From Octopus vulgaris (Eukaryota): a stretch of DNA of 64,000 nucleotides. Numbering within the stretch: position 1 is the stretch's first letter; every line of letters starts with the position of its first letter. This document shows, one piece after another, positions 40,332 to 53,744 of this stretch. The DNA lies in assembly GCA_951406725.2 (NCBI GenBank), contig OX597814.1:99634001-99698000 (forward strand). The letters run 5' to 3'. The notes under the pieces are model-generated. The model worked only from the letters and a program-made list of their open reading frames with translations. It did no database searches and was not told where the DNA came from. The position numbers and the translations under genes were made by a program.

Positions 40332-41367
40332 ATGGCACTGAAACGAGCTGCTGGCTCTTCCCTCCTTCTTGCAACACCCCCCTACAAGAACAAAAAAAAT
40401 AACGTCACGGGTTACGTACAACCCATTTCAGGCCGTAAAAGGCAACAAAGCTCCTCCTTCCGAACCGGAGAGCACGCGCTCGGTTCAAAAGGAGAATGCA
40501 TGCCAGGACGTCGCGTTCGACGTCACTCTTGATTTCCCCCCTCTGCCTTCAACAAGTGATGCTGTACCGAAGGGGAGGTAAAGAAAATTATAACAGACAC
40601 AAACACAGACAAGAACCAACAAAAAACTGTAAAAGCTTCTAACGATTTTGCTTCTGCTGCGAAGCAAATTTCGGAAGATGTAGAAATTACAATGGAGGAC
40701 ATAAAAATGGCACAAGATTTGTTGAGAAAGGAGGGGAACAGCGTTTTCCTCAACACACCTCAACAACTCACACAAGAGACAAGCAAAAGAACAATCTTTT
40801 ATAAAGTCTTCGAAAAGAAAACTAAAAGATTGTTTAACGCCACACCACAACAGTTGGAGATGGCTCTGAAGCCCATTTGGGGCCAGAAGAGCTATGTGAC
40901 AAGAGGGAAGCGATTTGGAACCGTGGAGGTTCGCTTCCCAACAGAGGAGCTTGCAAGGGCGAACGCCATTTCGCCCTTGCAAAATGAACATTTGTTCCTC
41001 GTCCCGACGTACCTCGGGCGTAAGGTACAAAAAATAACTATAAGCACAATACCCCCCGAACAGAAAATCTCATGGCTAGTGGCGGCTGTCCTCTATGGCA
41101 TAGAGGACACTGCCACTATTCTGAATGTTCGGAGGGTACGAGAAAAGAACTGGTCAGGCATGGGTATTCAACTGCTGGTACAGATCCAGCAGGAAAACAT
41201 CAATGCCATACCTGACTTTGTCATCTTGCTGGATGGGACCAGGCTAAATGTTATTGTAGAGGGGCGAAAGCCAAAATGTTTCCTCTGCAGTAGCGAAAGC
41301 CACCTAAAAAGGGACTGCCCCATTCAAAAAAAGAGAATGGAGGAGTATAGCAAGAGGCAGCAGCAGC

Positions 41368-41404
<37 letters not shown>

Positions 41405-42202
41405 CAAGCAACAACAACAGAAACAACAAAAACAGCAAGAAAAACCAAAGGCTGCCACACCACCAACACCATCACCAACACCAGCACCAAGACGAACAAC
41501 ACCACCTCCAACAACAACAACCACCACCAAACCAACACCGACAACCACCACCAAACCAACACCGACACCAGTACCTCGAAGGTCGACAGCAGCGACATCA
41601 ACAGTAACAGGAGCAGCGGCACCACCGATACCGGTGGAACCAGAAACTTTTCGTCCTGCTACTGAAGCAGACCCCTCAACCATTCCTTTGCCGGATGAAG
41701 AGTCGGATTGTGCGAGCTCTGATTCCAACAAAGGAGAATGGAGTATAGTGCCTCCAAAGAAGAAAAGGAGGAAGAAACAAAAAGATTTACAGGGGAAGCA
41801 CGAACAAATAGTGCTTCCCAACATCAACAACAACAACAACACACACTCACAACAACAAACAACAACAACACTTTCGACACCACTACTGCCACTGCCACAC
41901 ACACAAACACACACAGACACAATTACATCAATAAACACAAAGAACCAAAAACTAGTGGAGTACTTAAAAACAAAACTAGTACAAATATAACCGATTTCAT
42001 CATACCAACACAAAACACACCACCAGCACACATTCTCACAATAAAAATAAATGCAAAAACATATGATGAAATCAAACAAATATTCCCTAACGATGTGGGA
42101 TCGCTAGGGAAAAGTTTCTCTCAGAAATTTTACAAAAACATTGTGGAAGCACCCGTGCAAAAGCACAAGGGAGCCACCCCCACCACCAACAACAGTAAGT
42201 AG
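40332..42202 (+). CDS. LINE ORF1 (gag-like nucleic-acid-binding protein), reconstructed across about 3 frameshifts; main ORF 40692-41990
   Basis: CX2CX4HX4C knuckle CFLCSSESHLKRDC, poly-Q and Pro/Thr linker, basic PPKKKRRKKQK. Overlapping ORFs 40332/40369/40692/41738 can be joined at homopolymer runs; the joins are inferred. Confidence 0.75.
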
Positions 42203-42241
42203 AGCCTTTTTTCTCCTTTTTTTCCCCCTAACTTTTGAAAC

Positions 42242-45200
42242 ATGGCAAATCTTAGAATCGGTTGCTTGAATGTGAGAGGCCTCGGGTCACCTTGGAAACA
42301 GGGTCACCTGTTAAACGACCTGAGGTTTCATGATGTGGATGTAGCAGCCATCAGTGAAACCAGGCTCTCCGACCCGCAGGAACTCGCAGCCCTTTTCGGC
42401 GGATACGAGATATTTCTATCTCCGTGTCGGCCGGGAGCGGGCGGTGGTGGTACTGCGGTGTTGTTTCGGAAGGGCCTGGACCTGAAAATAAGGACAGTCT
42501 TCTTGGATCCGGAAGGTAAGTTGGTGGTCCTCGACGTCGACGGTAGTGACGGCGGTGCTTTCAGACTGCTGGCTGCCTACGCTCCGACAGGAGCAGGGCA
42601 GTCGGATTATTTCAAACGTCTGGAAGTTTTCCTGGGAACGTCACGCACTCTAGTGCTAGTTGGGGATTGGAACGCTGTCTTAGACGAACGTTTCGATCGG
42701 GTGGGCAGGGGAGCGTCTGATAGGAGAGGGGAGGGTGCAAGAGCCTCGCCAACCTACTCGGCCGCTTTCAGCTGTCCGACAGGTTTCGACTAGACAACCC
42801 GAATGTGCCAATGTGGACTTGGACAAACCGCATCGGGTCGTCTAGATCGTACTTAGATAGAGTGTTTTGTAGGCCAGCGGATAAGGACAGCGTAGGGTGT
42901 CCACAATTCCACCTAGTCGAATATACGGACCACAAATTAGTGATCTGTACGGTCGACTTAGATAGGCTACATAGACAGGGACCCGGCTACTGGAAGCTGA
43001 ACGCGTCGTTGACGGCGTGCAGAGCTTACAGAGACCGGATTAGTTTACTAGTTAAGCGGGCGCTCACGGGGGCAATCATCAACAACAACTGGTGGTTTGC
43101 CCTCAAGAGAGCAATTAGAGTAGAGTCGATTAGGTATAGTAAGACTCTAGCTATTGAACGTAGGAAGAGAGATCGGGATTTAGTTAAGAAACTAGACGAG
43201 GCTCTTGACACTGGCATCGCGACCGACGTGTTGGCGGCAAGGTTGGCCCTCGACCAACACTTCGACGCCAAACACGAAGGCTGCGTTGTCAGAGCTAAGG
43301 CACGTTCGCTAAGCGGGGAGGGGACTAGAGCCGCTCGATGGGCCCGCGTGGCGGAGGCGAAGCGAGGCAACAGAGCAACCATTCGGTCTTTGGTGGACCA
43401 GAACGGGCGCGAGGTTACCCAACCGAATCAGATGTGTACGGTGCTTCAGTGGCACTTTGCTCAACTGTTTGGGACGAGCGGTGGAACGGACACCAACGGT
43501 ACAGACTTCGGTGTGTACCTGGACGGACTGCCGCAACTCTCGGACAGCGAGGCAGAGTGCTGCGAAGGACCGATATCTGCCTGGGAAGTACAGGAAGCGA
43601 TGAAGAGTTGCACGAGAGGTAGATCGCCGGGTTTGGATGGTCTGCCCTACGAGCTTTACTTTTCAATGCCAGACTTGTTTGCGGACCTGTTGGCAAATGT
43701 CTACTGCAACTGGCAGCAAAACGGGAGAATTCCTGCTTTTGTCTGTCGAGGGGTGGTGGCTTTGCTAAAGAAGGACCCAAACAAGGGGGACGTTATAGGG
43801 AATTTCCGGCCCATCACTCTGCTCAATGCAGAGTTGAAGATTTTGGCCAAGGTGCTAGCCAAGAGATTGGCGCTTGTCGTGGACAAGCTGGTCGGCGGGA
43901 CGCAGACATGCGCAGTGCCGACCAGGTCGATACACGACAACCTCCATCTCATGCGCTACATCATAGAGAGGGTGGGTAACGACGCTGGCGCGGGTGGGGC
44001 TTTGATCAACTTGGATCAGAGTAAAGCCTTCGATAGGGTCGACCATCGGTACCTGGCAGCTGTCCTCAAGGCAGCCGGCTTCGGTCCAGTCTTCCGCGGG
44101 TGGATCGCTGCTTTATACAGCAACATCTGCTCGGTGATACGGGTGAACGGTCACCTTTCGGAACCGTTCGACATCTCGCGTTCGGTCCGCCAAGGATGCC
44201 CTCTCTCCTCCCTCTTGTACATTTTGACTCTCGAGCCATTACTGCGCAAGTTGGAGGCTTTGAGGGGTATCCCGCGCGATCTAGGAGGCGGAAACAGCGT
44301 GTCTGCTTATGCCGACGACGTCACCGTGGTGGTGTCGAGTCACAGGCACATTGGCCTGATTGGCGAGACGCTAAACCAGTACGAAGCGGTGACAGGGGCA
44401 AAGATTAACGCGGAAAAGTCTGTGGGCTTGCAACTGGGCACCTGGAGAGGCAAGCCCATGCCGTCCAACAGCGTCGTAGGGCGCTGGACAGACGGACCCG
44501 TTAAACTGCTCGGGGTCTGGTTCGGTCCGGACCTCCAGGTGGATAAGAACTGGGAAGAGGTGACGAGCAGGGTGGCACGTCTCACCCAGAAATGGGCCGA
44601 GAGGAAGCTGTCCCTGAAAGGTCGAGCGGAGGTGGCGAATGCGTACATCGCATCCGTCATCTATTACCGCTTGACCGTCGTCCCTTGTCCCGACCGCTGG
44701 TTGGCCAAGCTGGTACGCCTGCTCTTCGACTTTTTGTGGAAGGGTCAGGTGCCACTGGTCAGGCGATCCATCTGCTGTCAACGACCGCTGAACGGAGGCC
44801 TTGGAATGCCGTGGTTGCTGTTGCGCAGACATGCGCTCAGGCTGCGGCATCTCAAGCGCTTCCTAGACGGTGAACAGGTGTGGTCGTCTTTTGTCAGACG
44901 CGATTTTCCGCAGCTCGTCTCTTTGACGGAGCTGCAGACCTGGATCAAACGTAGACCGAGAAAGGGCGCTTGGCACCTCGAGTGCCGTCAAGCCCTCTCC
45001 GCCCTCCACCAGGCGGGCAATGCGGTCGGTTACAGCTCCACTCTAGCGTTCTATAGAGGGTTAGTGGAGGAAAAATGCGACGACGTTCTCGGGGAAACTC
45101 TAGGCGTTGAAGACGACGAACTGAGCGGTCTGTTCGGGAGGACTTTCGGGCCGGGGCCGATGGATAATTTCCAGAGGTCTCTCGCCTGGCAGTGCTACCG

Positions 45201-45675
45201 AGGGGCTCTGCCTGTTCGAGATAAACTCTACCGGCACGGAAGTGCCGTCAGCCGGGCCTGCCCGAGGTGTTGCCAGGACGATGAAACCGTTCTGCACGCA
45301 CTCGTCCAGTGCCCGAGTATTGCTGAAATATGGGTTTATGTCGAACAGCTACTGTCACGTGTAGGACGGATCCGACTATCGGCCGAATCCATAGTGAAGA
45401 TTGCCCCGCCGACCTCCTTTAACAAGGAGGGCGAGGCCGTTTTCTTGTGCCTTGTGGCTGTGGCGAAAGAAGTTGTGTGGTGGACTCGTTTGAAAGGGCT
45501 AAAGTCAGACACTTTCCTCTTTGGTCAAGGCCTCATCAACTTTTTCAAGTTTCACTTGAAAAGGAAGATGAGGTTAGAGAGGAAAGTGCTGTCCGATAGC
45601 AAGTTTTATGAAAGGTGGGTGAATTGTGCGAGACTGGCCTGTATAAATGGACCAGTTCTCAGGTTTCGCCTGTGA
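42242..45675 (+). CDS. LINE ORF2: AP endonuclease + reverse transcriptase + CCHC, about 1144 aa with one frameshift near 42728-42731
   Basis: APE motifs LNVRGL, ISETRL, AYAP, VGDWN, SYLDRVF, TDH; GYWKLN; RT motifs SPGLDG, FRPITLLN, DQSKAFDRV, RQGCPLS, YADD; C-terminal CPRC...ETVLHALVQC. All typical of L1/Tx1. Confidence 0.95.
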
Positions 45676-45954
45676 TTTCAAAGAAAAAGGTAATGTAAAA
45701 GGAGAAAAAAGGGGACTCTCTACACCCCTTTTTTTGACCAGGCTCCCGTTGGCTTTTGTAGGGTTTTTTCCACCAGGAACCTTTCGAAACGTCTCCCCCT
45801 TTTCGGAGTTTTTCATTGTTGAATTTTATAAGTTGTTATAAAGATTTTTACTCGATGTTTTTAAAAAACGGCAAAACCCTTTGTAACCTTTCGTCCTGTC
45901 TTGTCCCTTTATGTAATCATGCGTGTCAGCCCTTGTGGCCAATAAAAAGAATTG

Positions 45955-45995
<41 letters not shown>

Positions 45996-46015
45996 CATTA
46001 TTATTATTATTAATA

Positions 46016-46091
<76 letters not shown>

Positions 46092-46097
46092 CATTAT
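45955..46097. repeat. (ATT)n microsatellite, 3' tail or target of the LINE
   Basis: Read directly from the sequence. Confidence 0.98.
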
Positions 46098-46470
46098 TGC
46101 TTGACATTGAGTGAAATATTAGCAGCTGTTGGAATCCTTTTTCCACTCACCAAACTGGAACAATAGCGACATTTTAGAATCCCCCCTCTCAACTTCAACC
46201 CAATCCCGACATCTACCGGTGGTACACACTTCAGAGTCATTCGATAATTGACATAAGGATGCTGTGATTTATGCTGCAAATAAAAACTTACTCCATATAT
46301 TGAAATATGTTATATTCAACTTATAACTTATTCCTTTCTGCGTTTTTTTTTTTTTACTACCTATATGCTGAAAAATATTGGATAGTATTCGGGTGACCAT
46401 GCATGCATAGAACCAACTTCATAGTCACATTTATTCTATTTCATATTTCCCTTCACATATATTGTTATTA

Positions 46471-46540
<70 letters not shown>

Positions 46541-46891
46541 CATCATCATCATCATCATCATCATTATCATTTCGCTATTTCTGTTGGTCTTTCTTTTTGT
46601 GTGTGCATCTCTCTCCCTCCATCTCTTTCTCTCTTTCTCACTCACTATATATATATATTCTGTCAGAAGTATCTACATGTATAGGTATTCGACAGCTAGA
46701 TGCTTAGGCAATACCTGATATGTACGAAAAAAGTGATTAAAAAATCTATAGGAATTAACGCACCGAGTATATTACATATAAAACAGATGTTCACGAACAA
46801 ATTCTCAGACACACACACACGCACGCACACATGCACACACGCACTGGCACACGCACAGGCACACGCACATACACACACATGTACATATGTA

Positions 46892-46974
<83 letters not shown>

Positions 46975-47689
46975 GTAAACATACATTCATATGTACACAC
47001 ACACATATATATATACACACATATATGGGTTGGCTACATTTATATTCTCAGGTACTTGAGTGATTGCGTATTTGTTGTATGTGCGTGTGTATGGGTTCGA
47101 TGCTAGACTTTGGAACTTAGAATATCGAATTTTAATACTTAATAATATACAGGATATATTAATAAGTTTCAAAAAGAAACGAGCCATCATTCCTCTGGCT
47201 ACATTTCACTCACCGGATGGACACATTTCATTAGGTTTTCTCCCATCAATCTTATTTCTGTTCATTTCGTGGAAGAATATTTAAATCAAAACAGAGTGTG
47301 CTATGATTTAGGGGCTATCGTAATGACCTTCTCAAATAAAGGAATCTATAACCTCATATCTACGCAGCCTGATGACGCGTTTGTTTATCTGTCTGTGAAA
47401 CTTACAGTCATACCTTGATTGTAGTACGTACCTAAGCATGTATGCATGCATGTGTGTATCTATGTATGTACGTACGTATGTATGTATGTATGTATGTATG
47501 TATGTATGTATGTATGTATGTATGCATGAGTGCATGTATGTATGTTTGTATGTAGGTATGTATCTACGCACGTACGTACGTATGTATATATGTATGCATG
47601 TATGTACACTTACACACACATATATAGATGGATAGATGAACGGAAGTTCGTCTGCATTTATATATATTTTCCGTCTATCTGTGTGTGTG

Positions 47690-47753
<64 letters not shown>

Positions 47754-47867
47754 CACACACGCACACACATACACACACACACATATATACATATATATGT
47801 ATATTTACACATACAAGCATACATACACACCATACACACGCGCGCATATATATATACATGTATGTTT

Positions 47868-48203
47868 GAGACCCCCTTCGGTCACGACACAGACCATGGG
47901 ATTGCACCTAGAAAGTTACCCTCCCAGGCACAAGTCCGGGCGAGGTTGTTTATGGAAGACCAGCAGTCGCCCATGCATACCGGCCTCCCCTCTCCACGCC
48001 ACCAGTGTTATCCAAGGGAAAGACAAAGGTCGATACAGCTTGGCACCAGTGACGTCGCAACTCATTTCTACAGCTGAGCGAACTGGAGCAACGTGAAATA
48101 AAGTGCCTTGCTCAAGAACACAACACGCAGCCCGGTCCGGGATTCGAGCTCACAACCACGATCGTAAGGTCGACGCTCTAACCACTGAGCCATGCGCCTT
48201 CAC
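47868..48203 (-). mobile_element. SINE family C
   Basis: Reverse-complement match to 15117-15447; TSD tatacatgtatgttt (47853-47867) / tatacatgtatgtat (48204-48218). Confidence 0.88.
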
Positions 48204-48224
48204 TATACATGTATGTATGTATTA

Positions 48225-48450
48225 CTTTTTTACTTGTTTCAGTCATATTGACTGCGGCCATGATAGAGCACCGCCTTTAGTCGAACAAATCGACCCCAGG
48301 ACTTATTCTTTGTGAGCCTGGTACTTATTTTGTTTTTCTTTTTTAGCCGAACCACTAAATTACGGGGACGTAAACACACCAAAATCTGTTGTCAAGCGAA
48401 GATGGAGTGACAAAAACAGACACACAGACATACAGACACACAAACACACT

Positions 48451-48521
<71 letters not shown>

Positions 48522-48710
48522 GCACAAACACGTATATATACGACGGGCTTCTTTCAATTTCCGTCAACCGAATCCACTCACATGGGTTTGGTCGATCCGA
48601 AGCTATAGTAGAAGACACGAAGACACTTGTATGAAGTGCCATGCAGTGGGACTGAACCCGGAGTCATGTGGTTGGGAAGCAAGCTTCTCACCACATAGCC
48701 ACTCATGTGC
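48225..48710 (-). mobile_element. tRNA/CORE-type SINE family B, full length, with an internal (CA)n microsatellite
   Basis: Minus-strand head gtggtgagaagcttgcttcccaaccac...gggttcagtcccactgc, then gacggaaattgaaagaagcccgtcg, microsatellite and a conserved 3' part. Resembles the Octopus OR-type CORE SINEs (from memory). Confidence 0.8.
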
Positions 48711-50658
48711 TATGCATTTATATATGTATGTATATATACATGTGTGTGTGTATCATATACATATATATATATATATGTATATATAGTTGCATGTATACGT
48801 ATATACACAGATAGATAGATTGATAGATATACAGGTAGGTAGGTAGGTAGATAGATAGATAGATAAATAGAGATACTGAGAGATCGATCGATAGATTGAT
48901 AGGTAGAAAGTTTCATTGATTGACTGCTGCCTGTTCGTTTTCCTTAATGCAAGGACAAGTGAATTGCTGTAGTACAGGTGAATAACTCCGTGAGAAAGTG
49001 GTTCGTATTCAGATCTTAGAAATTCAAAGTGTTATGTGCAATTTCTTATTTGATTATAGCAAATTTAATAATAGATGAAGATGTAAAACATTTTCCCTTG
49101 TAGAATCTATTTTGATCATTCGCATTCTCGATGAGAAGTTCTCTCATGTGACACAAACTTATTTAGATTCTTCCAAGAATATTACTGTTTCAGCAGATGA
49201 AACGATATATGAATGAAACACAAATGTCAAGAGTAAGGACTGAATGCAAACAAGTCTAGCTACATCTCAATTCCAGGAAGAGCGAATACAACCGTAACAT
49301 TATAGTTGACCAGTCAAGTGGTTTGAGTGTACTCCGCACTAGAGTGTTTCTGATATCATGTCTCTCTGGTATTTAATGGTGGATTTAGGGGAGGTTAATC
49401 ATGGAACATTTTGGTCTGTTTTGTACGGTGCAAAATTATATGACGTTATGAGTATGCTTGAAGTGGAAAATGTTCATTTGTAGCAAGCGAAGTAATCATT
49501 CTTTGCAAGAAAATTTAACTTATAATAGATTTATGGCGAATTTCCTTGATAGCCGCAAGTCTCGTCTTACATGTATGGCTTTTCACGTAATACAAATGCA
49601 AAAATTGACCAATAACTAACAGAATGTTGCCACCTTCCAGTTGATCAATACGATATCAGGAAGAGGGCACTACTTTTCAAAGTAATTTTTTGATGCTAAG
49701 ATATTCGTAAGAATCAAATTTTTAAATGGCTACCGAGCCGAGGCTGATTACACCTATGCTTCCGAAATTATGCTGAAGATACTGCGCTAGTTAACACAGT
49801 AATTAAAGCAATCATAAACTGTTTCCAATTTAGGCACAATGCTAGCAATCTCGGAGGAGATAGTGTTAATAGATTAAAGCAACTCCAGTACAGGACAAGT
49901 AATGTATTTCATCGAACCTGGAGAGAGGAAAGATATAATTGATTTCTTTGTGATTTGAATCTTTAATGTAAGAAAATCGGAAAAAATACAGCAAAATATT
50001 TTCCGAAGACTATGAAAAACAACAGCCCTAGAGTAAGCAAGAGTTAATAATCGTTAACTTTTCACTGTAGTTTCTATCAACATCTTGAAATACATTTTAT
50101 AGTTCTATAGAATTGGCCTGAGCTTATAAACTTTACCTTTTAGCATATAAACCAAAGTCAGATTGAACATGCTGTTAAATATCATGATTAGCGTGAGAAT
50201 AATGTGAGCATTTTAGTAAGGCTAGGCGGTGTAGGTTGGAATTACAAGGAACTCGACAGAACTAATGAAAGCAGCCATTAAAAAGTTGACTAGTTTTAAA
50301 TAGACTTAACCAAATGTTGCATTTAACCACAACTAGTAAATGTGGTCGATAATTATGCTGAGCTAGTTTTTGACATGTCGAAGGTTATCAAAGTTAAAGA
50401 GAATCTTTAATTTTATATAACTGCCTATATATATATATGAATTATTTATTAATTCATAAACGAATATAAGGATAAAAATCAGGTTAATGATTTTTATCAA
50501 GTAGTCAGCATGCTATAAAAATTTATAGGCAGTTAATACATTAAATTGATAATACTGTACATATGTATATAATTATATCAAGGGAGCTAGGGCGATACCT
50601 TAAAAACAACTACCAAAATCTCCAGCTGAATATTAAAGCAAAAAAGTTAACCTTGTAA

Positions 50659-50708
<50 letters not shown>

Positions 50709-50845
50709 TCGGGAGCTACTAATAGTTTCACATAAAACTATTAGTAGCGCCCGAAAGCTTGTATTGTGACCCTTAAACAACAATATTTGACTCTCACCAG
50801 ATGGAGTGCTCTCTTTGTTGAATTATACCACGGATCAATACATTA

Positions 50846-50910
<65 letters not shown>

Positions 50911-50912
50911 GC

Positions 50913-50966
<54 letters not shown>

Positions 50967-50967
50967 C

Positions 50968-51068
<101 letters not shown>

Positions 51069-51973
51069 AGCAATGATTTATCAAGATTAGTCCTTTTTGC
51101 ATCATCTCAGAATTCGTCAAAGAAATTTTCTCGCTCTTTAAACGATAACTTACAAGTACGCGCACGCGCGCAGACACGCTTACGCACGCGCAAACACACG
51201 TACACACACACACACGCGCGCATATGCACACACATATTCAACAAGACAGAAGATACAAAGAGATGAATAGAGAGACAGTTAGATAGAGGGAAGAGATACA
51301 TATATCTGTTATAAGTGTAATTATATATATATATGTATGTGTGCCTCTCTATGTGTGTATTTGCGCCTGTGTGCATATGTGTGACTATTGTATATATATA
51401 ATCTATATATCCATACACATTCACATACGCCTGTAAATATACAAATACACATTGCCCTCAAATGTATCCTTTAAATCAACCATCGTTTACACAGACTGCG
51501 ACCCATTACACACGAGGCTCAACAGTAAAACCCAGTGGCTTAACCCCATTAATTACACTCTATAACTGATAATATGCGTGATCACTATATTTGATTAACG
51601 GAGATCAATCTAGAATGCACGCCCCATCACTTTGCCACGTATTAAAATCTCCTCCTTATTTCCAACAACGAAGCCATTCATTCATTCATCGTTGCTTCTC
51701 TTTCCTACTTTCGTAATAGCTTTCTTCTCTTCCTTCTCGCCACTCCACCCCTTCCACACACACATCGACTTCATCTGCTGTATTTTTGTTTGTTTGAGTC
51801 ATGAAATCCTCACGATGCTTTTCTTTTCCAAACAGACCAATTCCCTCTGTTTCAATCTTGACCTTGCAATGTCAGATTCGATTCAGCTCAAGTGTTTAAC
51901 ACAGCGGCGTACTAACACTAGCTTCAATATTGTTGTTTCACACAAGCGCACATACAAAACACAGACACGCACG

Positions 51974-52012
<39 letters not shown>

Positions 52013-52760
52013 ACACACACACACACACAGACACACACACACACACACACCAATGCGAGAAGTACACACGGCTCTATATAGCACATATCGTTACAAATAG
52101 ATGCACAGCCTCACGTTGAAGATTTACTATTGATAAAAACTTATGTACATTCCTGTATGTATGTTTATCTTTCTCCTCCCACAATAAGCCTGCGTGGTTT
52201 GCGATATATGCACGCAAGCGACGGCGTGTATATGTGTTAATATTTATCCGTATATGCGCACGCATGTACGGATACATCTGTGTCTACATCTGTGTGTGTG
52301 TGTCAGTGTTTGGGTGTTTGGATTTTGAATCAGGAATGATCTTTCGCAGCAAATTACTTCTTTCCTTTATTATTAGCTATCATTTATTTATTATATTAAG
52401 ATGGCCTCCGTTTGAATGGCTGAATGTGAACTCGTGGCAGCTGCATATATGTTTTTTATATGTCTACGCACACACATACATGCATATATTTTATATACAG
52501 ATACATACCAATATGTATATGCATATATGTGCCTAACATGTATGTCTAAAAACACACGGATGCGTTCAGACGTAAAAAAAGGCACACAGCTCTGGCTATT
52601 GCAGACTCTTCATGCACAAATTTATTATTTCTTGCATTTTTCGTTTATTTGTTATATGATCATATATTCGAATGTATGTACGGAAAGATAAATAAATATA
52701 ACCATGCACATTCACACACACACATGAGGGGGGAGAAAAAGATAGATAGATAGATAGATG

Positions 52761-52835
<75 letters not shown>

Positions 52836-53043
52836 TGAAAGATAAATAGATCCATTCATCCATCGATCCATCGATCCATCCATCAATTCATATATATCAT
52901 GAAAGATCGTTAGCCACTACACACATTTTTTCGCTCCTTGTTTTTTCTGTTCCCTTCCTTAGAAGAGCGTAAGCTCGAAACGTAAAAGACTTTTCTATTC
53001 TTGAGCGTTGTACTAATGTATATGTTTGTTTTGTACACCACCT

Positions 53044-53149
<106 letters not shown>

Positions 53150-53744
53150 CATATACATATACATATGCACAAACACACATACACATACACACACACACAC
53201 ACAAACATATATATATATATATTTACATATATACAAAATCAGATTTGCGATCTTGTTTTCATGTGTAATATAACGAGCTAGAATATATTAACTCATGTAG
53301 TTGCTGTTAATCGCTTATTTTTCCAACTTACTATATATTTAACATATCTGTATATTCATACAGCTACATGTGAGTGTGTGTATGTGTGCGTGTGTGTGTG
53401 CACATACACACACACACACACGCGCGCATTAGTGATTCGGCAAAAGTGATGGTGTCGATTTCTTCGACTAAAACATTTAAAGGCGGTGCACTAGCATGGC
53501 TGTAGTCATACATACATATTGCGAACTTTAGTTTAGTTTAAATATATTTATAATATATTTAAACTTCTAAAGGCAACTTCACTGCAGTTACCGTTGAGAA
53601 AAAATACTCTTTTATGTTATAAAGGTGTAAAAAACCATAACCGTCTAGTGTATTTGTCTAGTTTTTTGCATAAAATTTCGAGTTAAAGGTAAAATTTCTC
53701 CTCGAATTTCTAGTAAAACGATATTGTAATAGTGAGCTGCGTTT

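Larger units (their letters stand above)
40112..45954 (+). mobile_element. Full-length L1/Tx1-clade non-LTR retrotransposon (5'UTR, ORF1, ORF2 APE-RT, 3'UTR), flanked on both sides by (ATT)n
   Basis: Unique sequence starts right after (ATT)n/(ATC)n at 39941-40111 and ends at AATAAA (45941-45946) just before (ATT)n 45955-46097. Two-ORF layout with gag-like knuckle, APE endonuclease, RT and C-terminal CCHC. Confidence 0.93.

Noticed and set aside
43026-45297. Antisense and alternate-frame ORFs within LINE ORF2
   Set aside because: Expected shadow ORFs of GC-rich coding DNA; no motifs.
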